This document shows positions 10,390 through 20,601 of a stretch of 64,000 nucleotides of DNA, piece after piece. The stretch covers positions 1 to 64,000 of the forward strand of contig CAWKAR010000033.1 of the NCBI GenBank assembly GCA_963847625.1. The letters are read 5' to 3'. The DNA comes from a candidate division FCPU426 bacterium (lineage in GTDB: Bacteria > Oederibacteriota > Muellerivitia > Muellerivitales > Muellerivitaceae). The notes beneath the pieces were generated by a model that was given only the letters and a program-made list of their open reading frames with translations, searched no databases and had not been told where the DNA came from. A program made the translations under genes and the position numbers. The first letter of the stretch is position 1. Each line of letters starts with the position of its first letter.

Positions 10390-12569
10390 TTTAAACCGCC
10401 TATTCCCGGTGAGGTTGAGGCGTTAGCGGTCTTGGCGATCATGGCATCCAGGGCTTTCAAATCCTCGGGCGAAGGTTGGAATCGGGAATCCCATTTCGCC
10501 GCCTGCAGGTATGCCTGTTTCTCCTCTAAGTATCGTCCGGCCAACCCCAAAACATTCGCCAGGTTGTAGCACAAGAGGCCGGTAGCCCCGTCTTGAAGCG
10601 CCTTTTGAAACGCGGGAAGGGCCAGGTCGAATTGGTTGTTCACGCAATAAAGATTGGAAAGCTTGCCCCAATAGTAAAAGCGCAGGAAGGGGTTGTCCCG
10701 GAAAAGGAATTCCCGGTCCCGCAGGAGGCGGATGATGGCGTCGTAAGGCTGGCTGTAGGGATGGTTGAATTCGAGGAAATCCGACTCCCGCAAAATCCGG
10801 TCCGCTTCCCGCCAGCCGTCCAGGATTTTACGGTTTTGGGAAGTGAGGGGGATGACGGCCAGGAGGCTGTTGTCCGAGGGACTGTGGTTTTCTTTCGAGG
10901 AAAAGGTGGCGTCGGGAAACCATTGGGATAAAAGGGACTTTGCCCAGTCGTCCGTGGTTATGGCGGCCCAGGTGGTCTGTGTCGGCGCCAGGGCCGGGTT
11001 CACCAGGACGTTGAGGGAGTAGGCCCCCAGGGCCGTGTAGCAAGGCAGCCAATGGCTCGTGAAAAAGGTGGTCGTCTTACCGGAGGAGGCGTCGGTCACC
11101 TGGGTGAACAGGGGATTGGTGCGGTCCAGGCAAAAGTTGGAGAAAACCAAGCCGGGACCGCGGGTTTGGCCGAGTTCCCGCAGGCTCTGGCAGACCGACA
11201 CTGTGGGATTCGAGGCGGAATATTCCCTGTCGGCGACGCCCATGGTCTTTTCCAGGTTGGCCCAGTCCAGGAGGAAGGAAAGGAAGAACAGGCCCAGGGC
11301 GAGGGAGATCCGCGTGGACCCCCGGGGGAACCCGGCCCAGAGCACGCTGAATCCCCAGGCCGCGACGCCGATGAAGAGAGGCATCAGGGCGGCCACGTGG
11401 TACCAGTTGGCGCTGTGCGTGACGAGGCAGGGCACCAACAGGACGGCGAACCCGAAGGCCATCCATTTCACCAGGGGAAGATGGCGCAGGCGGAACCCCT
11501 CGGCCGCCCCCAGAAGAAATAGGCTCCCCAGGATCGGGTTCAAGAACCCGCCCCACTGGGGGTTATAGGCGAATTGGCCGTTGAAGCCCGTCCAAAGCAA
11601 ACTGGTGATGTAATAGAGGTTTTTCTGGAAATTCCACTGGAACATGTTGTCGGCCAAGCGGCCCGTGAGGACAAGGTCCTTGAGATAGGGGCCGAAGCTT
11701 TCCCTCAAAGCCGCGACGGCCAGGGGCAGGGCCGAGAGAATCGCGGCGGCCAGGCCAAGGACGAAAAGGTTTTTACCCTTGGGTCCGGAACGCGCGCAGA
11801 TTTTCCAAATCGCTGGGAGGAACCAAAGCGCGACCAGGAGCCACCCGAAATAAGTGTAAAAACCCAGCCCCAGGCAAAGGCCGAGTGCGATCGCGAGTCC
11901 GGCCCGGTTCCGGGCGGGGCCCGCCTTCGAGAACTTGGCCAAGATCCATAAGGCCAGGGCTTCCCAGAAGACCATGAGCACCGCGTTGTGCGAAAAACGC
12001 CCCAGCAAAACAGGCCAAAATCCAACTCCCAAGAGGAACAGGCAAACCAATGAAAGGGAGCGGGAGAACAATTCCCGGAAGGCCAGGTAATAGAAAATCA
12101 CGCTCAGGAAGGACAGCAGGGCCGGCACCAGCCAGAGGCTCAGGTTGGAGACTCCCCCGATCTTGAATACCCAGGCCAACAACCAGATGTAAAAAGGGGG
12201 CATTTGGCTGGTGTAATAAAAAGCGTTCGAGGACCAAGGATCGTTCGAGTGAATGGCGTTGTAGGCGTTGATGACCTCATCCGGGATGGGAAAGGACAGG
12301 TAGGAAGATAATTTATAGAAGCGGACGGCCAGGGCCAGGACCAGGCCTAAGGCCGCCAACCAGGGAACCGGGGTGAAAAGCTCGTTCGTGTAAAAGGGGA
12401 CTTCCCCATCGGGTGACGGAGGCCGTTTAAACACGTAGAACCAACCCAGGGTCCCAAAACCCAGGATTCCGATGACAAGTTTGAGGGGCCAAGCCAGGGG
12501 AGTATAGGCCAGCAGGGAATTGAGCCCCGCCAGGAGCAGGAAACAGTTGAAAGGATGGGTCAAGGTCAT
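10386..12569 (-). CDS. GT-C fold glycosyltransferase with TPR; tandem paralog of 8215-10389
   Basis: Near-identical to its neighbour over long stretches; 4-bp overlap with it. Confidence 0.8.
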   Translation of the reverse strand: MTLTHPFNCFLLLAGLNSLLAYTPLAWPLKLVIGILGFGTLGWFYVFKRPPSPDGEVPFYTNELFTPVPWLAALGLVLALAVRFYKLSSYLSFPIPDEVINAYNAIHSNDPWSSNAFYYTSQMPPFYIWLLAWVFKIGGVSNLSLWLVPALLSFLSVIFYYLAFRELFSRSLSLVCLFLLGVGFWPVLLGRFSHNAVLMVFWEALALWILAKFSKAGPARNRAGLAIALGLCLGLGFYTYFGWLLVALWFLPAIWKICARSGPKGKNLFVLGLAAAILSALPLAVAALRESFGPYLKDLVLTGRLADNMFQWNFQKNLYYITSLLWTGFNGQFAYNPQWGGFLNPILGSLFLLGAAEGFRLRHLPLVKWMAFGFAVLLVPCLVTHSANWYHVAALMPLFIGVAAWGFSVLWAGFPRGSTRISLALGLFFLSFLLDWANLEKTMGVADREYSASNPTVSVCQSLRELGQTRGPGLVFSNFCLDRTNPLFTQVTDASSGKTTTFFTSHWLPCYTALGAYSLNVLVNPALAPTQTTWAAITTDDWAKSLLSQWFPDATFSSKENHSPSDNSLLAVIPLTSQNRKILDGWREADRILRESDFLEFNHPYSQPYDAIIRLLRDREFLFRDNPFLRFYYWGKLSNLYCVNNQFDLALPAFQKALQDGATGLLCYNLANVLGLAGRYLEEKQAYLQAAKWDSRFQPSPEDLKALDAMIAKTANASTSPGIGGLK

Positions 12570-12845
12570 GAGCCGCGATCAGGAAGGCCGATTTTAAAGC
12601 TTTTGCCGAAATTCTCTTCCCATGGTATCCCCTGCTAAGAACAAGGTCAACGCGGCTTAAAAAGCCTGGAGTTTATCCCCCGGTCACGGCAAAAAACCAG
12701 CATGCCGAAAATAACGTCGTGGATAAAACTCGCGGAACCGAGGGGGAATGGCAAGACCTTATTCAATTCTTAAGCTTTTACAACGGAAGGATTCCGAAAA
12801 AAGGAATTCTTTAACAGCCCAGGCGCGTGGAGCGGAGGATGAGGC

Positions 12846-14366
12846 TCAAAGCTTTGTTTGATAACACAGGTAATGGTTGTAGCTTTGGGTCAAATCGTCC
12901 TTCGCGTAGGCGTAATCCAAGCCCAGGATGGGAATCCCCAAGCCGCCGCTCAGGTCGCTGTTGGAAACGCCGCCCCGCAATATAAAGACGCCCAAGAGGT
13001 TATAAGAAGCCCCAAGCTTCGCGTGGGAGGTGATATCCATGCCCTGGTAATAGGAAGTGCTGGAAAACAGGTCGTCCAAATCCGCGTTCAAGGTCAATTG
13101 GCGGCAGAGATGCCAAGAGGCCCCCAGCGCAATCACGGTGGGCGCCGGGTCGGTGACGATGCCGTAGAGAGGGTCCCCCGGCGAAGTATTGATGGTCGCG
13201 GAGGAGTGGAGCAGGTCGAGCGCCGAGGCGCCGATGGAGATCCCGGTTTCCTGGAAATCGTAAAGAAGCCCCAAGTCCAGCCCCCAACGGAAAGTGCTCT
13301 GGTTGATGTCGTTTTTCAACTGGTTGCTGACGTTGGAAAAATCGCTGAGGTCCAGCCCGCTCAACCAGGCGCTGTTGACATAGCCGATGCGGCGGTTGAC
13401 GACCTTGAAACTGGCGCCGACCGTCAAGGGCGTTTCCTCGGCCAGGGGGTTGAAGCTGTAGGTGACCATGGCCACCGTATCGGTATAGGCCAATCCCGTT
13501 ACCTCCAGCACGTCGTTCAAAATGGCTTTTTGGAATTCCGTCTGGTTTATACTCGACGTGATGGTGGAGAGGGTGTTTGTAAACTGGCTGACGCCCTGGG
13601 AAGTTAAATTGTTTCCCAGGTTCGTTACCGCGTTTCCCAGCGTGACGGCTTGGTTGGGAAAGGCGGTTTCCAGGACGGATTTAATATCCGCAAAATAAGC
13701 ATTGGCGGCATTGTAGATATTCTGTGGCGTTGACCCTTGCAACGTGGCGGGTAGTGCCGACATATTCTCAAGGTCTGTGACCACGCTTCCCCGGTTGATT
13801 TGAAAAACAGCATGGGTATTGTTGTAAGCCTGGAAACCCCAGTGGTCGTCGAATTTCAGGGCGATGTTAAAAGCGGCCCCCAACTGGATGGTTTTATCCG
13901 TGAGGGTGGCGGCCGCGGTTTGGAGGTTTGTAATACCATTCTGGATGGTGACAAGCCCCTGGTTGACCTCCGGTACGTTCAGCGTGGACTGGTTTTCCAG
14001 GTTCTGGACGATTTCTTGTATCGAGGGACCCAGGTTGGTTAAGGCTTTTTGAAGGTTGGTGATATTGTTGTTATTCGTCAAATAATTCGCGATGGTGATG
14101 ATGTCGTTGGAAGCGCTCAATCCCAGGGTGATTTCCCCGAAGTGGGGCGCGTTGGCCAGGACCGCCGGATTCAACACCGAGCCGTTGTAAAGGGTCCCGT
14201 CCGCCACCCCCGCGTTCCCCATTCCTTCCGCCGCAACGTTGAATTGGACCGGCGGCACGATGAATGCATTCGACGAGTCGTTCAAGCCAAGGGATCCGGA
14301 AAAAGCCCGTGCCGCAAGCAAAAAGGCCAGGCAACAGCCGAAAAATTTCATTTTAAATTCGCGCAT
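12846..14366 (-). CDS. Outer-membrane beta-barrel, TraF-like/PorV-FadL-like
   Basis: Signal peptide, AEGMGNAGVA..NPAVLA N-terminal motif, WGLDLGLLY, amphipathic C-terminal strands. Confidence 0.65.
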   Translation of the reverse strand: MREFKMKFFGCCLAFLLAARAFSGSLGLNDSSNAFIVPPVQFNVAAEGMGNAGVADGTLYNGSVLNPAVLANAPHFGEITLGLSASNDIITIANYLTNNNNITNLQKALTNLGPSIQEIVQNLENQSTLNVPEVNQGLVTIQNGITNLQTAAATLTDKTIQLGAAFNIALKFDDHWGFQAYNNTHAVFQINRGSVVTDLENMSALPATLQGSTPQNIYNAANAYFADIKSVLETAFPNQAVTLGNAVTNLGNNLTSQGVSQFTNTLSTITSSINQTEFQKAILNDVLEVTGLAYTDTVAMVTYSFNPLAEETPLTVGASFKVVNRRIGYVNSAWLSGLDLSDFSNVSNQLKNDINQSTFRWGLDLGLLYDFQETGISIGASALDLLHSSATINTSPGDPLYGIVTDPAPTVIALGASWHLCRQLTLNADLDDLFSSTSYYQGMDITSHAKLGASYNLLGVFILRGGVSNSDLSGGLGIPILGLDYAYAKDDLTQSYNHYLCYQTKL

Positions 14367-14390
14367 GAAAAGGTACCTCCAGGGAATGGG

Positions 14391-15182
14391 TTAACGGGAT
14401 GACTCACGGGAGGAACTCAGGAAATCCAGGATGGCGTATCCTTCCCTGGCCCTGGCGGTATAGGCCGGCGTGTCGTCCATGTATTTCCGGTCGTTGACCT
14501 GGTCCTTGGCCTCCAGGATCAACTGGTAGGAGGCATGGCTGTTGAGGATCTCGTAGACTTGGGCCGCGATATCGGTGCCTTTTTGGATCTCGCCCAGTTT
14601 GCTCCCGTCATAGTCGATCTTGATGTCCTTGAAATCGACCGCCAGCTCGATTTGGCTGTCCACCTTGCAATCGCCGCCTTTTTGCTCATAAACGGTGCCG
14701 ATCAGGAGGATCCAAGGGTTGCGGGGCCCTCCGAATTCCATCTCATTGATGTCGAAGCGCACGTAGGAGCTTCTGCGGTCCTGGTCATTGCGGTTCGAGG
14801 AGACCCTCTCCAGGCCCAGGAAAACCGTGCGGCCGTGCCTGCGGGAAGAGGGGTTCAAGGTCATGGCGGCGTAGGAAACGGTATCGCGAAAATCCCCGGG
14901 CATGTTGATGCGGTCGTAAATTTTTATGCTGTTAAGGGCGTCCGCGGGAGTGACCGCCTGGGGCTCAGATCGGGACTCGGCCTTGGCTTTGGCCTTGGGT
15001 GTGGACTTGGGAGTAGCTTTAAGCGTGGCTTGGACCGTTGCCGAAGCGGCAGGGGTCGCCTGGGAGGATGCTTTCTTCTTGTGATGTTTTCCCGCGGGAG
15101 TGGGGGAGGCATTTTGAGCCAGGCCGATGGAAACAACGGCCAAGAGGGATAAAACCAGGCAGCAGATGATCGTTCTTTTCAT
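14391..15182 (-). CDS. Secreted hypothetical protein
   Basis: Signal peptide, Ala/Lys/Pro-rich linker, AAGGAG RBS. Confidence 0.75.
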   Translation of the reverse strand: MKRTIICCLVLSLLAVVSIGLAQNASPTPAGKHHKKKASSQATPAASATVQATLKATPKSTPKAKAKAESRSEPQAVTPADALNSIKIYDRINMPGDFRDTVSYAAMTLNPSSRRHGRTVFLGLERVSSNRNDQDRRSSYVRFDINEMEFGGPRNPWILLIGTVYEQKGGDCKVDSQIELAVDFKDIKIDYDGSKLGEIQKGTDIAAQVYEILNSHASYQLILEAKDQVNDRKYMDDTPAYTARAREGYAILDFLSSSRESSR

Positions 15183-15383
15183 GGAAGTAAGCTCCTTAAT
15201 GGTTTTATAAGTTTCATAAAAGACGGAGAATTATAGTGTTAATTCCAAGCCAAAGTAAACCGGTTAACCTATATAAAAAACAGTAAAAAAGCATGTTTTT
15301 ACTGGAAATATTAAAGGCCGATTGAGGGATAACAAAGGGTTTTATATGAACCGTGGAAGAGACATACATACCCAATCAGCCCG

Positions 15384-15417
15384 AAAAAAAAGCCCGGACC
15401 CTTTGGTCAGGGCTTTT
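15384..15417. terminator. Intrinsic terminator
   Basis: A8-GCCCGGACC-ctt-TGGTCAGGGC-T4 just downstream of the 15427-17592 gene. Confidence 0.75.
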
Positions 15418-15426
15418 AAAGATAGC

Positions 15427-17592
15427 TTACCAGAGATGAGTGTCGTCAAAGGTGATATTGATCGAAGAGGGGTTTGTGCTCGTACTATAAGGGCCCACCA
15501 CGGTCCAGGGATCGCCAGCTACAGGGTTACAACAATTTGTCGCGTTCGCCCCCGTATAATCGAAATAAGCCCTCAGGTAATAGCTACCGCCTCCTGATCC
15601 GCACAAACCGCCAATCTGCATGGAATAGGTATCGCCGTTATTGCAGACATTATTGCCGGCGACGTTGAAATAGTCCTCGGCCGTTGTGGTGACTGCCTGG
15701 ACGTAAATCTCAGTCTGGGGACAATTGTTGGTGCAGGGACCGTTGAAGCAGGTTGGGGTACCCAGGGAACCGGTATAGGTCAAGGTGCCGATGTAACCCT
15801 GGATCTGACCGCAAGTATTGTCAAAACTCAGGTTCGAGATCGAGCTTCCACTGACGGCGATGGGGTTTTCATAGCCATTGATGGACCCGCAACAAGTACC
15901 ATCGGAATTCTGGACAAAACTGCCCATGGCGTAATTCCAATTGCTCCAGGAGGCTCCCGCGTTGGCCACGTATTCCTCAGTGACGTAATAGGAACCCGCG
16001 GGAAGACCCATAAAATAGTTTCCTCCGTTCTGGGTCACCGCGCAAGATGCGACAGGGCCGCAGTTGTTGCAATTGGTCCCGCAACTGGTGCAAGTGACGG
16101 CCCGAACGATGATGGGATCATTCGCGTCCACCACGGCACCAGGAACCGCGTATGTGACGGTCCCTGACAAGCTGTTCGAGCAGTTATACAGATGGGCGTC
16201 GGACAGGGTGATGGCGTGGTTGGTGACAACCGCGCTGCCCCCCGCCACTGGCCCCCAGTTCGTCACCGGATCGCAAGTCGATGGGCCATTACTGTTATTA
16301 TTATTTTGCTCGTTGTAATAGGCTTGGAGCCAAATCGAGGCGGCTCCGGACAGGTTGAGAACACTATAAGTGCCGCCATTGGCTGTAACCCCTTTATTCC
16401 CGCCGCCGCTGAGAGTGACGGAGTAGCCGCTATCGGAGTAACCCACGACATTCAGCGTATTATTGTTGTTAACTTCGCCTATGCCGGTATAGGTGATGGG
16501 GCCGGAGACACCGTAAAGTTCACAGCCGTTGCCGAAATAAATGTTGGCGGTATAAGTCAGAGGTCCGCTGAAGGCGAATGTCGTGGGGGAGTTTGAGCCT
16601 CCGAGGCAGGCGATCACCGGAGTCGGTGTGGATGTTCCAAAGTTAGGAGCTGAATAAACTATATAGGGATCGCCCACAGAAGGCCCGCCGCCGTTATCGC
16701 CACCGAAACCATTAACTCCTGTCCAGAAGGCTACAAGTTCGTAAGAACCTGTCGAGGGAAGGTTGATGGAATAGGGAACGAGACCCGTTGTCGCGGGAGC
16801 CGACCAAAAGACCCCATTGCCGCCGTTGAGGTTAGTGGTTGCGTAAATCAAGAGGTATTTCCCTGTGGGGCTGTTGCCTCCGTTGTATTGAATCGTTCCC
16901 TTGATAACGTAAATGCCGGCGGTTGGAGTGGAGGTAATGGTGGGCGTCGCAGTCTTAGTGGGAGTCCTGGTTATCGTGGGAGTCGTGGTTTTGGTGGGAG
17001 TATAAATCGTAGTATTGGTTCTGGTAATAGTGGGAGTCGGCGTCGAGGTCAGGACAGGGGTGGGTGTAATGGTTGGTGAGTTGGTGGCGGTCGGAGAGTT
17101 GGTAATAGTCGGCGTTTCAGTGATGGTTGGTGTGTCGGTGATGGTTGACGTTTCGGTGATGGTCGGTGTGTCAGTGGTTGTAGAGGTGTTTGTCGGGGTG
17201 TAGGTTTCCGTTGGGGTGTAGGTGATGGTCGGCGTGTCGGTTTGAGTCAGCGTGTCAGTGATGGTCGGTGTATCGGTAGTCGTCGGCGTGTTAGTCGAGG
17301 TCGACGTATTAGTCGGAGTGTTGGTTTGAGTCGGGGTGGAGGTGTCGGTTGGTGTATTGGTGGGCGTCGAGGTCGGGGTAGAGGTAGAAGTGTCGGTTGA
17401 AGTGAGCGTAAAGGTAAAGGTGCAAGTGTTGCCGCTGATTAAGTCGGTACAGACGGTATAGGTAGGTGTAGGGGTACTGGTGGGCACAGCATGGGTGGGG
17501 GAACTGGGATTGCTGCCGGAACTGCAAGCGCTGATCACCGCCGCCGTGATTCCTAAAAAAAGAATGTAAAACCAGAGATAGCTGTGCTTCAT
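15427..17592 (-). CDS. Lipoprotein with long Thr/Pro repeat stalk and repeated Cys-containing beta domains
   Basis: Lipobox ISA-C, ~190 aa of TPT repeats, four domains each starting with a G-T/P-I/V/L-x-Y motif. Confidence 0.8.
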   Translation of the reverse strand: MKHSYLWFYILFLGITAAVISACSSGSNPSSPTHAVPTSTPTPTYTVCTDLISGNTCTFTFTLTSTDTSTSTPTSTPTNTPTDTSTPTQTNTPTNTSTSTNTPTTTDTPTITDTLTQTDTPTITYTPTETYTPTNTSTTTDTPTITETSTITDTPTITETPTITNSPTATNSPTITPTPVLTSTPTPTITRTNTTIYTPTKTTTPTITRTPTKTATPTITSTPTAGIYVIKGTIQYNGGNSPTGKYLLIYATTNLNGGNGVFWSAPATTGLVPYSINLPSTGSYELVAFWTGVNGFGGDNGGGPSVGDPYIVYSAPNFGTSTPTPVIACLGGSNSPTTFAFSGPLTYTANIYFGNGCELYGVSGPITYTGIGEVNNNNTLNVVGYSDSGYSVTLSGGGNKGVTANGGTYSVLNLSGAASIWLQAYYNEQNNNNSNGPSTCDPVTNWGPVAGGSAVVTNHAITLSDAHLYNCSNSLSGTVTYAVPGAVVDANDPIIVRAVTCTSCGTNCNNCGPVASCAVTQNGGNYFMGLPAGSYYVTEEYVANAGASWSNWNYAMGSFVQNSDGTCCGSINGYENPIAVSGSSISNLSFDNTCGQIQGYIGTLTYTGSLGTPTCFNGPCTNNCPQTEIYVQAVTTTAEDYFNVAGNNVCNNGDTYSMQIGGLCGSGGGSYYLRAYFDYTGANATNCCNPVAGDPWTVVGPYSTSTNPSSINITFDDTHLW

Positions 17593-18004
17593 GGGAAACC
17601 TCCACCGATGGACTGATTTGGTATCCGGAAGGTATAAAACCGAACCGTGGAAAACTTTCCGAACAAATTAAAGGTCAACTTGAAAATAGTACCCCTGAAA
17701 TGAACAACAATCAACTTGGTTAAATGGAAAACTAAGGCCTTTTATTAGGGTTTTTAAAGATTTTACATGTTGTTAAATAACAATAATTCTGACCAATGAT
17801 GTTCACCGGGGCTTTGCTTTTCCTGAGCGGTGCTTAAGAGACTTTTATAAAACAGTCATGGATTATGGGAGTAATACAACTTCTTTAAAAGTTTTGTGGA
17901 GGATGCTTAAAACATCCAGAAAAACGATATGAATGATTGTCCTCTTTCCATATTGGTTCATCTCAGTACAAAATGAAGTATCTTTTCGCTTACAATAAAC
18001 AACC

Positions 18005-18664
18005 ATGAGCCCCAAACGATCCCCCCTTCAACTAGGACCGCCCCCTCCAAGATCCTTATTCATCCCGGGCAAGGAAACCATCCTGGAAGCTTGGAACATC
18101 CTTGTTTTTTCAACTGCTTTTGCCCTGCTCTTCAACGCCTTTTACACCGACGGCATCGAGCTCAAGTACAAACCAGAGAAAAAACCATCCCTGCAAAATA
18201 TTTTGAATTCCAATCCGGCCGGCAATCCGTCCACGGAAGCCCCGGCGGGCTGGAATATTTCCCCGGTTCCCAAGTCCAAAGCGGACGTTCACTCTCAAGC
18301 CCAAAATCCCCCGGCGGACAGCATCCCCCGCATCACCCTGATCGGGGCCAAGAAACGGTTCGACGGGAAGAAGGCGGTCTTCCTCGACGCGCGAAAGCCC
18401 GGGGAATACCAGGAAGGGCACATCCCCGGAGCGCTTAACTTCTTCGCTAACGAAATGGACAAATTCGCCCCTCTCGTGTTGCCCCAACTGCCGGACAAGA
18501 ACCAGGACCTGGTTTGCTATTGCAGCGGCGGGGACTGCGACCTGTCCCTCGAGGTGGCCCAAAGCCTCATGGCCCAGGGTTACCAACATGTGGAGGTCTA
18601 CCAGGGCGGGTGGCCCGATTGGAAAAAGGCGGGGTATCCTGCCCACAAGGGGGAACGCCCGTGA
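18005..18664 (+). CDS. Membrane-anchored rhodanese-domain protein
   Basis: FLDAR..EY..GHIPGA, YCSGGDC, YQGGWPDW. Confidence 0.9.
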   Translation: MSPKRSPLQLGPPPPRSLFIPGKETILEAWNILVFSTAFALLFNAFYTDGIELKYKPEKKPSLQNILNSNPAGNPSTEAPAGWNISPVPKSKADVHSQAQNPPADSIPRITLIGAKKRFDGKKAVFLDARKPGEYQEGHIPGALNFFANEMDKFAPLVLPQLPDKNQDLVCYCSGGDCDLSLEVAQSLMAQGYQHVEVYQGGWPDWKKAGYPAHKGERP

Positions 18665-19221
18665 TTTTCCGCCAAGTCATGAACGACCCGGGCCTGTGCG
18701 TGGTGAGCGCTTTGCTTCTGGCCTTGTGGGCCTGGGCGCGGTACGGCCCGTTCTCCCGTAAGCCCGGACCCACCAACGGGGAGACGGCGGCAGTGACCCT
18801 GTTGCGGGTGGTTTGCGGCCTCCTACTTTTTTACTCCACCCATGACAAGCTGGTGAATCCCTCTGCTTTCATCCAGGAAGTAGCCGCTTACCACACACTC
18901 ACTCCGCAGCTGGTTCCCCTGGCGGCTATCGTCATCCCTTGGCTGGAGTTCTTTTCCGGCGCCGCGCTGGTGTTGGGGATCGGGTGGCGAGGGGCGGCCG
19001 TGATTTTCTGCGGCCTGATGGCGGTCTATTCCATCTCTATTAGCTGGGTCTTTGCCCGGGGCCTGGAGATCGGCTGCGGTTGCGGCTTGGGCGATCCGAA
19101 CGAAAAGGCCACCTGGCTGACCGTGCTCCGGGACCTCCTGTTCCTGGGAATGGGCCTCGCGGTTCTTTTCGCCCGGAATACCTTTGTCCAGTTGGACAAG
19201 GTTTTCAAAAAACAAACCTGA
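18661..19221 (+). CDS. MauE/DoxX family membrane protein
   Basis: GTGA overlap with the rhodanese gene; IPWLE, GLEIGCGC, LRDL motifs. Confidence 0.85.
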   Translation: MIFRQVMNDPGLCVVSALLLALWAWARYGPFSRKPGPTNGETAAVTLLRVVCGLLLFYSTHDKLVNPSAFIQEVAAYHTLTPQLVPLAAIVIPWLEFFSGAALVLGIGWRGAAVIFCGLMAVYSISISWVFARGLEIGCGCGLGDPNEKATWLTVLRDLLFLGMGLAVLFARNTFVQLDKVFKKQT

Positions 19222-19487
19222 TAAGATTTTTAAAAGACTTCCTCCAGCGGATTTGCCCCTCGACTTTGAAACAACATTCCCCTTCGACCTGAACAATCAC
19301 TTCCATAATCTAATTGTCCCTATTGAGGTGCTGTTACTCGGTTTGGGTAAAAGTAATCAATCCGGATTTGTTTCCCACGGACGAATTGCTGCTTTTTCAA
19401 AGGTTTTTTCAGCCAAGGCTTTGGCATGCAGTTTGCTTTTTATCTTACTGTTACTAACCATCACTCAATGCCCATTTTTGCCTATCT

Positions 19488-20024
19488 TTGGAGGCCGTTT
19501 TGTATCCTTCCGGGAATCTTCTGGCTAAGCCGGCATCCGCTCGCGAGGGGTTCCTTTGGGCTGGCCATCTCTTGTTGGAAGCACTCGACGAGGCTCTCAA
19601 ATTCAGCCATCACCCGCCGGCTTGTTACCTTGGAACGCCGGAGGAACTGGCTGAGATGCCCCTGGAACGAAGCATCCACCTCAAAGGCCGGGCCAATGGC
19701 CTGGTAGTCCTTCGCGCCGGCTGGAGCCTAGGCTTGTCCCTGGCGCAGGCGGTTCCGGCCGAGTCCGGGAAAAACATCACGGTGGAGGAATCCTTTGACA
19801 GACTGGTCCGGCTTTTCTGCCTTCGCTTCATCGCCTCCCATTCCAAAAGCTCCGGGTTCAACTCCTTCCTGGTCTCAACCAGCGGGCCCTGGAGTTGGCC
19901 CAGCCAGACCCCGCTAGGCTCCTGCTCCCTCGCCGTGGATAACCATCCCGTGGAATTGCGCGTTTGGGCGCTCAACGCAGGCCGGTCCGGGAGGGTCGGG
20001 AACGTGAACGGAGTCATTCCATGA
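19488..20024 (+). CDS. Hypothetical protein, possibly divergent CheX-like; paralog of 29686-30222
   Basis: Shared motifs L.(E/D)(M/L)PLE.SI, GL.V.R, P..WP...P..C...V..HP.E.R.WA; start uncertain. Confidence 0.6.
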   Translation: MEAVLYPSGNLLAKPASAREGFLWAGHLLLEALDEALKFSHHPPACYLGTPEELAEMPLERSIHLKGRANGLVVLRAGWSLGLSLAQAVPAESGKNITVEESFDRLVRLFCLRFIASHSKSSGFNSFLVSTSGPWSWPSQTPLGSCSLAVDNHPVELRVWALNAGRSGRVGNVNGVIP

Positions 20025-20401
20025 GAGAACCCACAGCCGCCTTTTTCCGGGATTTGGAAAGGGAACTGGCACGTCTGGGTTCCAAGCTTTCGCAGACCTA
20101 CGGTTCGGCCCCGAACGTGATCCTGGATATCTGCGTGGAAATGGAAGTTTGGCTGAACCGGATCCAGGAACTCGACAGTTTTTGGCCCGCCCCGATCCGG
20201 GACCGGGTGAGGTTTCTCGGGGACCAGCTGTTGAAAGGAAATCCGCCCCCCGATATCTACAACCAGATGATCCGGCTGATGATCCAAGCTTCGGAGAAAC
20301 TCGAGGAATGCCGGACTAAGCGGTTGGCGGCGCAGTCTTTCCAGTCCCGGGGCGGTTTGGTGAAATCAGGAGAAGGGGAAACGGCCTGCGTAAGGACCTG
20401 A
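20021..20401 (+). CDS. Hypothetical helical protein
   Basis: ATGA overlap with the upstream ORF; GGAG RBS. Confidence 0.6.
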   Translation: MREPTAAFFRDLERELARLGSKLSQTYGSAPNVILDICVEMEVWLNRIQELDSFWPAPIRDRVRFLGDQLLKGNPPPDIYNQMIRLMIQASEKLEECRTKRLAAQSFQSRGGLVKSGEGETACVRT

Positions 20402-20601
20402 CGCGGATAATTCCAGACCCAATGGGTTTTTGAACCAAGTCAATCCAGTTTCCTCGTTCCAAGCCAGGGGTGAGGGGTCCGTTCCGGGCAGGGAACGAAC
20501 CCCGACCCCCTTGGTTCACTCCTCCCGAAGCCCTTCAAATCCCGCGGTTTAGAGGGTTTTAAACTGGCTGAACAGCCGACAATATTCTTTATAATGCCTT
20601 C

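Noticed and set aside
12846..14366. Conjugation system implied by the TraF-like barrel
   Set aside because: No other tra, relaxase or T4SS genes nearby.
15348..17652. Shared 11-mer GAACCGTGGAA in two upstream regions
   Set aside because: An 11-bp match is expected by chance in 64 kb, and its distances to the start codons differ.
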